From the NCBI GenBank assembly GCA_023381415.1, contig JAMCUN010000020.1:7070-71069 (forward strand): 64,000 bases of DNA, read 5' to 3'. Below the pieces are notes generated by a model. It was not told where the DNA came from. It ran no database searches and saw only the letters and a list, made by a program, of their open reading frames with translations. The DNA is from Thermoplasmatota archaeon. GTDB lineage: Archaea > Thermoplasmatota > Thermoplasmata > Thermoplasmatales > GCA-001856825. The translations under genes were made by a program, and so were the position numbers. Below are positions 10,276 to 19,629 of this stretch, piece after piece (positions within the stretch are counted from its first letter, which is position 1; every line of letters begins with the position of its first letter).

Positions 10276-10761
10276 ATTGTGAATTTTTGTTCTACTTGTG
10301 ACATTTATCAGACAAACGGAAAACCCCATATTTTTTAGGATTAAAATTATCATTCTTTATTAGTATATTTATTTCGTTACTGTAAGTTGTCATACATTTC
10401 CTTTTTAAGCGTTTTGGGAACGGCGCCGCTACATTTTACATTCCAAAAAGAATGTGGAATAGTGCGCTTCTGATCCTGTTTGAGGTGTCAATTGTATTGT
10501 TCCTGCCTCGTAAATTGACAAATTGCTTAATTTGCTTATCGACAATGATAAGGTTGTGGTTCTATCAAACAACACAGGAAATCATCTGTTCCTTGACTAA
10601 AGACGAATACTTCGAGAAAAAGTAATTTGTTTCCCGAATAACCGTTGAAGGATTCCTTGGATTATACATTCTCTGCTACTCCCTGTGGGGGAGACTATGT
10701 AGGAGTTTAGATATACCAGGGGTAGTGGGGTATAAATAACAGTTATACTTATAACTATGAA

Positions 10762-11016
10762 ATGGAAAAGCGAATGAAAATTGGACCAAAGGGACAAATC
10801 GTGATACCGAAAGACATTAGAGATAAACTTGGCATTAAGGAATTCTCTGAGGTATTGGTAGATCTAAGAGACAACGAAGTCGTCATTAGGCGAGCAGCCC
10901 CGCTATCGGTGTCATACGTGGATTTCTTCACGTCCACTTATGCGAAAAAGCTCAAACAAAAGGTCGATATCAAAAGGGTCCTCGATGAAGAATATGAAAG
11001 GAATTTACTACGTTGA
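10762..11016 (+). CDS. vapB: AbrB/SpoVT-fold antitoxin (VapB-like)
   Basis: MKIGPKGQIVIPKDIRDKLGIK is a typical SpoVT/AbrB swapped-hairpin motif. The gene overlaps the downstream PIN gene. A TATA box (GTATAAATAA) lies about 28 nt upstream. An alternative start is at 10774. Confidence 0.8.
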   Translation: MEKRMKIGPKGQIVIPKDIRDKLGIKEFSEVLVDLRDNEVVIRRAAPLSVSYVDFFTSTYAKKLKQKVDIKRVLDEEYERNLLR

Positions 11017-11422
11017 TTCCAACGTTTTTCTTTATCCTGTCCTCTATCAAGACATGCCAGAAGTTGACTTCTCTAAGGATATACTCTCATCAATTGAAAA
11101 AAAGGATCTACAGGCTTACACTTCGACACTCACTTGGGATGAAATATCTTACGTTGCTGAGAAATTATTAGGCAGATCAGACGCTATCGAAATAGGACGG
11201 AAATTCATGAATTTCCCTGGACTTCGGTTTATCATTATGGATGAAGAAGTTATGAGAAGGAGCCAAATGATGAGAGAGAAGTACAATCTAAAACCAAGAG
11301 ACGCTATCCACCTTTCTTCAGCCATCGGAAGAAATATTAGGAAAATTATAACAGACAACAGGGATTTCGATAATATAAAAGAAATAGAGCGAATTGGATT
11401 GAAAGATATTGACTCAGAATAG
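10985..11422 (+). CDS. vapC: PIN-domain toxin (VapC-like)
   Basis: The PIN acidic residues are visible: YYVDSNVF, TWDEISY, PRDAIHLSSA, ITDNRDFD. The track ORF begins at 10940. I prefer the ATG at 10985 or 10994, which overlaps the end of the antitoxin gene. Confidence 0.8.
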   Translation: MKNMKGIYYVDSNVFLYPVLYQDMPEVDFSKDILSSIEKKDLQAYTSTLTWDEISYVAEKLLGRSDAIEIGRKFMNFPGLRFIIMDEEVMRRSQMMREKYNLKPRDAIHLSSAIGRNIRKIITDNRDFDNIKEIERIGLKDIDSE

Positions 11423-11533
11423 AATTAAGATTCTGTCAGTTTAATAAGACCCAAAGATGCAGAGAAATTAGAGGTAAATGCAGAGATTCTTGTTTTAGAT
11501 AGCTATTTATATTGTGAAAACATTAGAAATCAA

Positions 11534-11785
11534 ATGAAATCGAATGTAATCACTATAAGAGTTGAACAAGAAATCTCCGACCTTGTGGAGAAACTGCTAC
11601 GTTACAAATTGGCAAGAAACAAAGCAGAGGCAGTAAGAATAATTATGAGAGATGGCATTCCAAACGCTAAAAAAGTAGTAGAGCGGAAGGAGAACGGGAA
11701 AGAAATCGTAAAAAAATGGTTAAAACACGGGCTTCCCGAATTACCTAAAGACCTTTCTATAATCTCGATCAAGGAAAGGGAATGA
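11534..11785 (+). CDS. vapB: Ribbon-helix-helix antitoxin (VapB-like)
   Basis: 83 aa. The N terminus VITIRVEQEISDLVEKLL fits an RHH strand-helix. ATGA overlap with the next PIN gene. Confidence 0.65.
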   Translation: MKSNVITIRVEQEISDLVEKLLRYKLARNKAEAVRIIMRDGIPNAKKVVERKENGKEIVKKWLKHGLPELPKDLSIISIKERE

Positions 11786-12195
11786 AGAATTATATTGATA
11801 CAAACTTGATACTGGCCAGTTTAAATGAGAATGATACAAATCACTCCAAAGCATCTGAAGCACTGGCCATGATGAAAGATATGGTAACATCTAAAGTCGC
11901 TGTTCTGGAGTTGAAATCAGTTCTCTCAAGAACAACTAAGCTAAGCGAAAACGAAATTCAAGCTTATGAGGAATATTTGCAAGTCTTAAACATAGCAGTC
12001 CCCGAGGTTGACATGGATTCAGTATTCGCAAATGCCGAAGAAATTGCTTACAAGATAAGGATGCGCACGCTGGATCTTTTACACTTATCGGCAAGTTTGG
12101 TTATCAGGGCAAATACTTTTGTGACTCTTGACATGGAATTTGCAGAAAGGAAGAATGAAATAAGGGATATCGGCCTCGAAGTGACTTCGTTGTGA
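11782..12195 (+). CDS. vapC: PIN-domain toxin (VapC-like)
   Basis: NYIDTNLILA (first Asp), LELKSV, LDLLHLSASL and VTLDMEF match the PIN layout. There is a 4-nt overlap with the upstream antitoxin gene. Confidence 0.75.
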   Translation: MKNYIDTNLILASLNENDTNHSKASEALAMMKDMVTSKVAVLELKSVLSRTTKLSENEIQAYEEYLQVLNIAVPEVDMDSVFANAEEIAYKIRMRTLDLLHLSASLVIRANTFVTLDMEFAERKNEIRDIGLEVTSL

Positions 12196-12467
12196 CATCA
12201 CTCGATCATTTGGAGACGCATAACCGTTCGCCTCATTTGGTTTCACTGGATAGTTGAGTATACTGAGCGAACCTCAGGCTCAATTTTTACTGCAAAGAGG
12301 AATAGAACGACGGGGATCGACGGAATGATTCATGGAAGGCAGAAATGTTGTCTGTTCTCGATGGAGAGAGTGACAAAACTTAAGATTCTCCTAAGTAGAA
12401 GTGGAGTATCCGGACCGCTGTCTTCACGCAGCATCAAATTTATAAGTGCTCTCTCCTTAACACTTCT

Positions 12468-13748
12468 ATGGAGGGGGACAGGGTCTACAATATAGAGGGA
12501 CTCCTGAAGCAGACTAAAACACGTTTAAATCAGGAAGAATCCCTTAGTTTGGAGGTAAAAAAGGCGATCCTTGATTTCATTGACGATCTCACGATAGACA
12601 ATCTATCGAATCACATGAAGTACTTTTACATCACAAGACTCAAGGTGCTTGCTAGAGTTTTGGGAGATTCGTTCCTTCGTCCTACAAAGCAAGATATCAG
12701 AAAGGCAGTTCTGAAACTCAAGGAAGCAAAGACGAGGAGAAATGGAACTTATGCGGATAGCACGATGAACGGCCTCTTCATGACGTTAAAGAAATTCTAT
12801 AAAATCTACGACAATGGAAGATATGTAGAGTCGGTCAGCGGCCTGAGGCTGAATGGGCACCCGTCGAGGGACAAGAAACCAGAAGATATAGTGTCGCCCG
12901 AGGAGCTGGAAATGCTTCTAGGTGCGAGCCGCAACGAGAGGGATAAGGCCCTTATAGCGATGCTCTACGATTCAGGGTGCAGGATAGGGGAACTTTTGAC
13001 GCTCAGAGTCAAGGATATAGAGTTTGACAATTATGGAATGAAACTGACTGTGAAGGGAAAGACAGGGGTGCGGAAGGTAAGGGTCATAGGGAAGAGCGTA
13101 CCTTTGACACTTCAGTACAAGGACAAATTCAATAGAAGCATACCAGATGATTTTTTCTTCATTCAGATAAGGGGAAGTGGACCATTAAAGTGGAATGACG
13201 TTAACATGATGCTCTATAAGGTTAGCAAAAGAGCTGGTATCAAGAGAAGGATTCACCCTCATCTGTTCAGGCACACGAGAGCAACCATTTTGGCCAAAGA
13301 CTTAAAAGAGGCCCCATTAGAGGCAACGATGGGATGGGTCCATGGATCCAGGATGTCCAGGGTGTATGTTAACTTGAGCGATGAGCAGGTGGACGATGCC
13401 GTCCTGAAGGTTTATGGGATTGAAAAACAGAAAGGTGGAATGGAAAGCAAGATTCTGTACGAGCCTAAAATATGCGTCAGATGCGGAATTGAGAATCCAT
13501 CAGTAAATGAGTTCTGCTCAAAATGCGGTGCTCCCCTTAAGAAGGATAAGACCTCAGAACTGGGAAGCACAGGAGGGGAGAATGAAACTGCGACTAAAGG
13601 ACAGTCTTCAATTGATAGCATCGGTAAAGAACTTGCGAAGGACTTTGATCCAAGATTCAAAGAAAAAATACTGGAAGACTTGCTGAATGAAATAGTCCGC
13701 AATTCTCAACTCAAGGAGAAATTTTTAAGGGCTTTAATGGATAAATAA
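12468..13748 (+). CDS. Tyrosine recombinase / integrase with a C-terminal zinc ribbon
   Basis: Catalytic signature: YDSGCRIGELLTLRVKDI (Arg), HPHLFRHTRAT (H-x-x-R), GWVHGSRMSRVY (Tyr). Then CVRCGIENPSVNEFCSKCGAP (CxxC...CxxC) and a charged tail. Confidence 0.85.
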   Translation: MEGDRVYNIEGLLKQTKTRLNQEESLSLEVKKAILDFIDDLTIDNLSNHMKYFYITRLKVLARVLGDSFLRPTKQDIRKAVLKLKEAKTRRNGTYADSTMNGLFMTLKKFYKIYDNGRYVESVSGLRLNGHPSRDKKPEDIVSPEELEMLLGASRNERDKALIAMLYDSGCRIGELLTLRVKDIEFDNYGMKLTVKGKTGVRKVRVIGKSVPLTLQYKDKFNRSIPDDFFFIQIRGSGPLKWNDVNMMLYKVSKRAGIKRRIHPHLFRHTRATILAKDLKEAPLEATMGWVHGSRMSRVYVNLSDEQVDDAVLKVYGIEKQKGGMESKILYEPKICVRCGIENPSVNEFCSKCGAPLKKDKTSELGSTGGENETATKGQSSIDSIGKELAKDFDPRFKEKILEDLLNEIVRNSQLKEKFLRALMDK

Positions 13749-13752
13749 TAGA

Positions 13753-14514
13753 TCATTTTTCAATCAACCTTTCAATCTCACTAGTTACCTCTGAGAAATT
13801 TGGAAGGCTTCCTATAATGAGACCTTTTAGATCATTTTTCCAGAGCCTTTCTTTCGCTAGCATTCTCGCCTTGAATTGATCTGAATTGAATTCTATTCCA
13901 TAAATTTGGAGTTTCTTTCTTATTAGAGAGTGATCGACTTCGGTTCCTTTTTTCAAAAGGAACCATAAGTCATATACGTCCCTTGGCTTTTCCCGCGTAA
14001 CTATTGCCATTATTTTTTCTGCCAGAATTTCTTTTTCATCCATGGCAATCACATCAAAGGCAAGTATGTCGCTGTAAGACGACACAAAAAAGGACTTTAC
14101 GTAATGCATAGATATCATTTCCCTGTGACTAATGTTCAATGAAATATGGCAGGCGCTTTCCTTTCTACCATCATATAGAGGACCTCGGAAGGAGAAGAAA
14201 ATATTTGTTTCGTTATTGTGAGCTTCTATAGTGGAATGTGAAGTGACTCCAATTAGTCTAGTCGATCTAACTAACATGTCGGTATGGTGTCTATAATCGA
14301 ATTTCTTTGAATTTAAAGTGAAATCAAGGTCTTCGCTAAACCTATTCAAATTATATAGCTTATAAAGAGACGTTCCACCTTTGAGGACGATAGCACTCCC
14401 AATTTACTGGCTTATGAAAAAAAGAAGCACCTCCAGCAAGCAGTCCTTCTCAGCATTTGATATGGAAATTCTCTTTCTCTCTGTAACCATTTTCAGTTCT
14501 TCTCTCCTAATCAT
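13753..14514 (-). pseudogene. abiEii: AbiEii-type nucleotidyltransferase toxin interrupted by one in-frame TAA (codon 37, 14406-14404)
   Basis: The ATG at 14514 overlaps the AbiEi stop codon (ATGA). Translation: MIRREELKMVTERKRISISNAEKDCLLEVLLFFISQ*IGSAIVLKGGTSLYKLYNLNRFSEDLDFT..., continuing into track ORF 13753-14349. The motifs KGGT and RFSEDLDF are typical of AbiEii (DUF1814). The total is 254 codons in a single frame. Confidence 0.8.
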
Positions 14515-15224
14515 ATTCCCACGTTATCCTTTACTTTCCATTTATGGTCTATTAAGCCCTTGCTTGGAAGATTTGGCTCGAGAATCGTTGCCTGGTCGTA
14601 TATATGGCCCTTCAACCTATAGAAGAAGTCGTATCCACTCTTATCCATCATGTATCCGATTCTCTTGATTAATGCTACATTGTTAGTCCTCAAAGAGTAC
14701 TCTATTAGTTTTTGCTTGCTGATTCTATTTGCCTTGAGTTGAATGATTTCTTGTATCTCTGGTATTGAAATTTTCTTGAACAGAACGGAGTCAACAATCG
14801 CTTTCTCTGGATCCGCCATAAATATCTCAATTCCATCCCTTACGATCTTCTGGTAGCCAAACAGCTGACTAGGATCAATTTTTATGAAGAAAATTTGAGT
14901 ATTCAATATGCTGAGGACCGAGTTTTTTCTATATCTTGTGGTGACTACCCAGAATGAGTGTGGGATTTGCTCGGTCAGATTGTGATAACTCAAAGAATTC
15001 CATATGGATAAATAAGAGGGCCACGCTATACTTGAAGCAACCAATAAGGGGTCGCTTTGGGTCGTATATTTCCCTCTCTCGATCCTTGTAATTTTATTCC
15101 GTGAGATCCATCTATGAACTACCTCGGCTGCATATTCTGGTGACTTGCCTAAAATGCTGGCAAGCTGGACCGTGGTAAAAATAGGTCTATCCTCAAGCGT
15201 TCTAGAAATTTCTTCCCATCTCAC
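14511..15224 (-). CDS. abiEi: AbiEi-type antitoxin / transcriptional regulator
   Basis: 237 aa. An N-terminal winged-helix-like segment (FTTVQLASILGKSPEYAAEVVHRWISRNKITRIERGKY). The gene sits immediately upstream of, and overlaps, AbiEii. GTG start, with TTTATATTT about 27 nt upstream. Confidence 0.75.
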   Translation of the reverse strand: MRWEEISRTLEDRPIFTTVQLASILGKSPEYAAEVVHRWISRNKITRIERGKYTTQSDPLLVASSIAWPSYLSIWNSLSYHNLTEQIPHSFWVVTTRYRKNSVLSILNTQIFFIKIDPSQLFGYQKIVRDGIEIFMADPEKAIVDSVLFKKISIPEIQEIIQLKANRISKQKLIEYSLRTNNVALIKRIGYMMDKSGYDFFYRLKGHIYDQATILEPNLPSKGLIDHKWKVKDNVGI

Positions 15225-15516
15225 GAAATAGCTATGGTGTTGTTAAATATAAATTTTGTTAGTAGTTAATTATCATTTATGATCGTTAATAGCTTACGTA
15301 TTTTATTTAGCATATCCGAGGTTATCGGTAGGCTTTCACGTTGGGTTACTGAATCAAGAAGAACCTAATAGGATTCTTAGGAAAAAGGAGTTTAAGTGAC
15401 CCCAGTTATTGGACTGTGCATCGAAACCTCCGGTTGTTTGAACTCCTTCCAGAAAAACCAGAACAAGAGATTGCCGATAATTTTTTTGAAAAGTATTGGA
15501 AAAGAAGGTTGGTAGG

Positions 15517-16027
15517 CTAATGCATTACCAGCGAAAGACTGGCTTCTTCAAATTCCTTGTCAAATGTCCTAAGATTGTCCATGCCATTCGTCTTTACTCG
15601 AGAAATAATTGTGCAATCTGTGAAGCTGAATCTGATTGTTTTCTGATTTCTGAAAATTTGCCAAGAATGGTCAAACATCAGCTGGTCCACTCTCCACATT
15701 TCCAGCGATTCCACGATCTATCGCCGACAAAATCTTTTTAGAAAAGGGATAAAATGAAGGATCCCTGTGGATGACATTTAAGAACACGTTAGTGTCTATG
15801 CAGGTCTTAATCCCACTCATCCCTGATTTTTTCATCATTCTATTCGCTGATTTACTGAATGGAGTCGAATCTTCTAAAACTTCAACTGTACCCTTCTTTT
15901 CAGCCTTCCTAATGATGATACTTCCATCTTTCTTTTCGAACAGCACTTTATCGCCGGCCTTTACTCCAAGATCCAGCCTAAATTCGACAGGAATAGTTAC
16001 CTTCCCCCTTCCTGTCATTTTGCTCAT
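15517..16027 (-). pseudogene. Decayed VapB-VapC module: the antitoxin is fused in frame to the PIN N-terminus, and the PIN C-terminus is frameshifted
   Basis: ORF 15671-16027 encodes an AbrB-like MTGRGKVTIPVEFRLDLGVKAGDKV followed, with no stop, by the PIN start CIDTNVFLNVI. The PIN C-terminal part (SFTDCTIISRVKTNGMDNLRTFDKEF) is in a different frame (ORF 15517-15714). Confidence 0.7.
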
Positions 16028-16211
16028 TTTTGTTATTAAATCATTACCACGAAGTGAAGAATACCTTGTATTACTGCCTTACCTGTCGATGAAGTATGCA
16101 GAATTATTCTAAGATTGTCAATGAGCTTCTGACTTGTTGACCGAACCTTCTGCTTTAAACTACACAAAGGGTCTGTAATATTTACACTCACACAGCTTTA
16201 AGTCTGAGCAT

Positions 16212-17600
16212 TCACGAAGGGGCTGTTCTCTTGTTTCTTCTACCCCTTAGATGTTTAGCAGAGATCAGGACAATCCCGATCGGAATCCCAAACCACTGCA
16301 GTACGTCAACCTCAAAGATAAATGATCCAGGCTTGCCGTAAACGAGCCAGCTGAGGAATTCCGCAAATGCAGAGAATATTATCAGCCAGGTCAGTGAGAT
16401 GATGAACTTGTTCTCTTCAAGGAGCAAGAGCCTAGATGTCTTTCTTGGGAGCTCAATTACGATCTGAGAATATCCAACTGCGAATAGCGCTATTGAAGGG
16501 AGGAACTCAACAGTATATGATATGAGATTGTTCCCAGTTCCAATTAAAGCTGTCCAGTCTCCGTCAACCAAGATGGCTAGGTAAAAGGTGATGAATCCCG
16601 CTAGGGGAATGGAAGTGAGCAGGAATACAAATCTTCCTTCTTTCTCGTAACTTTTCTTTCTTATAGTAAAATAAAGGAAGTATGCTATTCCAGCAATTAA
16701 AGCAGCTAACACGCTGAAGAAAGAGATGTTCAATCCAGTCAATAGTGCTTGAAATTCGCTTGTATACAGCCTGTAAATACTTGGAATTGCGGAAGTGACG
16801 CTGTTTCTAAAAATCTCAGCCGCAAAATTACTCGAGAGCCACGTCCATACTGTGAGTAAGAGGAATAATATCAAAACCGATACATATCCTAGGTTCCTCC
16901 CTCTTAGTTGTATGCGAGAAAGGTCAGTGGCAGTGATATCGATGATGGAAATCATTCCAATACCTGTCACCAGTATTATCCCACCAAACACAAAGGAGAT
17001 CACCAGAACCGATGCTGTACCGATGATGAATAGAGAAATGAATAGCCCGATGATTATTATTGCAGTTAAAAACGTGCTCTGAATCTTGGAATTACTCTTC
17101 AAGCTTCTCGGCCAGTAATGATAGAGGGAATGGAAGATCGACTCGAAAGCTAGTATTATGACGGCTGCGTAGATCAATTCGAGCGAAAAAATGGGGGAAA
17201 ATAAATGGATCAAGGTACCCAAACCCGCTGCAAGTGATAGCACTGAGAAGGGGATTGTTATGTGTTTGTATCTGAACAGGTACGTCAAGTCGTGCTTCAG
17301 TGCTTCGAGATTCTTTCCCCTCGATACGAGCGCTTCTTCTTTTAGCATTGCATATATGGAGAAAATAGACAGCAGAATCGGGACCAGGACAGAAGTACAA
17401 GACCAGAGAGTGAAGACCGCACTGAATTCTATTCTGAACATGAGTGAAAGAGAGACCAGTATTGGAATCGCAAGGAGTACAAGAGAGATTGAAAGTGTGG
17501 AAAAGCCTCGGGTAATTCCGTCAACCCCACTTTTATCTTTTTCTGAAGTATCCGCGACAATTCCGTTTGACTCGTGTTTGCTGCTTTCTGTCAATGCCAA
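16212..17600 (-). CDS. Polytopic integral membrane protein, family not recognised
   Basis: 462-aa ORF with at least 10 hydrophobic helices, a polar N-terminus and a basic C-terminal tail. Its A+T-rich composition matches the surrounding island. Confidence 0.7.
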   Translation of the reverse strand: MALTESSKHESNGIVADTSEKDKSGVDGITRGFSTLSISLVLLAIPILVSLSLMFRIEFSAVFTLWSCTSVLVPILLSIFSIYAMLKEEALVSRGKNLEALKHDLTYLFRYKHITIPFSVLSLAAGLGTLIHLFSPIFSLELIYAAVIILAFESIFHSLYHYWPRSLKSNSKIQSTFLTAIIIIGLFISLFIIGTASVLVISFVFGGIILVTGIGMISIIDITATDLSRIQLRGRNLGYVSVLILFLLLTVWTWLSSNFAAEIFRNSVTSAIPSIYRLYTSEFQALLTGLNISFFSVLAALIAGIAYFLYFTIRKKSYEKEGRFVFLLTSIPLAGFITFYLAILVDGDWTALIGTGNNLISYTVEFLPSIALFAVGYSQIVIELPRKTSRLLLLEENKFIISLTWLIIFSAFAEFLSWLVYGKPGSFIFEVDVLQWFGIPIGIVLISAKHLRGRRNKRTAPS

Positions 17601-17627
17601 TTCACCTGAGAGGTGATTTAAATCTTT

Positions 17628-17658
17628 CTTAGTTTTTCTGAGTAATTTGAAAACTAAG
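17628..17658. promoter_or_regulatory. Perfect 9-bp inverted repeat (CTTAGTTTT N13 AAAACTAAG) in a divergent intergenic region
   Basis: Read directly: 17628-17636 is the reverse complement of 17650-17658. It lies 28-58 nt upstream of the membrane-protein start codon at 17600. Confidence 0.35.
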
Positions 17659-17872
17659 AGAAATAAAAATATGTTTTTGACTTCAAATTTCCATCAGTTC
17701 TACAAACTATACCATAAATACTTTCAATATCCACAAACGTGGGAATTGTTTATAATTTGCGTAAAATTCGGCTAGAACAAGTTAAATACATCTAAACCTG
17801 TATAGACCGCAAGGTATTCGCTCAGAGCGATTGGCAGAGTAGTGCGGTACGCCGAATGGTCCGTGGAGCAAA

Positions 17873-18121
17873 ATGATATCAATTTACTGTCCGTTTGAAG
17901 ATGCGACCTACACCTATACGTTGGTCTATCTCTTTAGGGAGCAAGGCACCATCGTCACGACTCTGAATTACGAAGACAAACAGCGGGAGAATGAACTAGA
18001 TGAAATTGATGTCTCGATCTTAAGGGCATTCAAATACCCCACCACTGGAAAACATTTCAAGGCTGAAATTGAGATGTCAATCTCACTAAATATGGATAAA
18101 GACAAGATTTCAGTGCAGTGA
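17873..18121 (+). CDS. Hypothetical small protein (82 aa)
   Basis: ORF only. It overlaps the next ORF by GTGA, which suggests coupling. No motif recognised. Confidence 0.35.
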   Translation: MISIYCPFEDATYTYTLVYLFREQGTIVTTLNYEDKQRENELDEIDVSILRAFKYPTTGKHFKAEIEMSISLNMDKDKISVQ

Positions 18122-18357
18122 GAATAATGTCTAAAGATAGACCCAAGATTGTTTCATCTTCTCCGTTGTCGAGTTCTGAAGGAACGTACATAAAAGCGGC
18201 AGAAAATAAAGCTGGAAAATCTTTCGACGTCTTGAGAACATTGGCGGGCATGATGATTTCAGTTCAGTCGGGTTTCATCGCAGTTTATTTTGCAATTCTG
18301 AAATTCATAGGCATCAATGTTGCTTCGGGTACGGGTTTCTTACCGAGATCAAGATGA
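18118..18357 (+). CDS. Hypothetical small protein with one C-terminal hydrophobic helix (79 aa)
   Basis: ORF only. GTG start overlapping the upstream stop codon (alternative ATG at 18127). Hydrophobic segment: MMISVQSGFIAVYFAILKFIGI. Confidence 0.35.
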   Translation: MRIMSKDRPKIVSSSPLSSSEGTYIKAAENKAGKSFDVLRTLAGMMISVQSGFIAVYFAILKFIGINVASGTGFLPRSR

Positions 18358-18588
18358 TAATTTGGTCCGTTTTTAAGAATTTGACTCAATAGAAAGGTGT
18401 AGAACGACTTCTGATTCAGCTTAATAATGAACGCTGGAGAAAAATGTGAAAGACGGTAGAAAAAATCAAAATCCTAGGGAAATTTTTGTTTACATTATTT
18501 GGTCGCAATTGTTTGTTATTCAGGCGGGAAAATTTGATAGTATCAGCAACGATGCCCAGTCATCAGTAAATTTTGTTGCCGTTACCCT

Positions 18589-19599
18589 TTAAATTTCCCT
18601 ACCTCTCCTCTGCTGTTCCTCCGCTCTCTGGTCGTAGGGGTATGTCACTTCAATGAAACTTGCGCTGTTTAGCTCTCCTATCTGCTCCGCTGTAAGGCTC
18701 CAATCTGCTGAATCAAGATTGTCTGAGAGCTGTTCCTCATTTCTTGCACCTATGATAGGGGAGGTTACTGTCTTGTTGCTCAGAAGCCAGTTGATGGCAA
18801 CCTGTCCTGGAGTTCTGCCTGTAGAAGATGCGATCTCCTTTACCTTCTCAACAATCCTCCTCGTTCTCTCACTTTCTACCCCCTGGTACCATCCCCTGTT
18901 CTCCGAATCCCCTATCCTTGTACCCTTCTTTGCCTTCTCTATTCCGCCTTCGTACTTTCCTGTGAGTATTCCCCCTGCTAGAGGGCTCCATGGGAGGACT
19001 GCGAGGTTGTTGAAAGATGCTACCGGAAGTATCTCGAACTCCGTTGCCCTAGTTATGAGATTGTACTGTGGTTGAATGCTGACCGGTTTTTCCCAACCGT
19101 TCATCTCGCATATGTCCACAGCCCTCTGCAACTGCCATCCCCTGAAGTTGCTGATTCCGACATACCTTATCTTCCCCTCTTCTACGAGATGGTCCATCGT
19201 AGCCATTGTTTCCTCAAGAGGCGTTAAGGGATCGAAGGCGTGCAACTGAAGTATGTCCACATAATCCGTCCCCAGCCTTTCGAGGCTCCTTTCTACGGAA
19301 TGCAAAATGTGCTTCCTTGTGAGACCGATAGAGTTGACCCCCTTTTCAGTCCTGTACCTAACCTTGGTGGCTATTACAAAATCATCCCTGTTCTTCCCCT
19401 TCAACCACTTCCCGAGAATCTCCTCTGATTTTCCGTCTGAATACACATTTGCAGTGTCCAGAAAATTGCCACCTCTCTCCTCAAATTTTGTCATCATTTT
19501 CCTGCTCGTCTCCTCGTCAGAGTGCCAGCCAAAAGTCATGGTCCCCAGACACAGTTCACTGACAAGAACGCCTGACCATCCAAGTTTCCTGTATTTCAT
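18589..19599 (-). CDS. Aldo/keto reductase
   Basis: MKYRKLGWSGVLVSELCLGTMTFG, DTANVYSDGKSEEILG and LQLHAFD are typical AKR motifs. 336 aa. Confidence 0.9.
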   Translation of the reverse strand: MKYRKLGWSGVLVSELCLGTMTFGWHSDEETSRKMMTKFEERGGNFLDTANVYSDGKSEEILGKWLKGKNRDDFVIATKVRYRTEKGVNSIGLTRKHILHSVERSLERLGTDYVDILQLHAFDPLTPLEETMATMDHLVEEGKIRYVGISNFRGWQLQRAVDICEMNGWEKPVSIQPQYNLITRATEFEILPVASFNNLAVLPWSPLAGGILTGKYEGGIEKAKKGTRIGDSENRGWYQGVESERTRRIVEKVKEIASSTGRTPGQVAINWLLSNKTVTSPIIGARNEEQLSDNLDSADWSLTAEQIGELNSASFIEVTYPYDQRAEEQQRRGREI

Positions 19600-19629
19600 A
19601 AATATCCATTAAGGAATTGGATAAAGCTG

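Noticed and set aside
12429-12441. 13-nt identity (CAGCATCAAATTT) with 20029-20041, considered as possible att sites
   Set aside because: A single 13-mer match within 64 kb is expected by chance, and there is no extended similarity.
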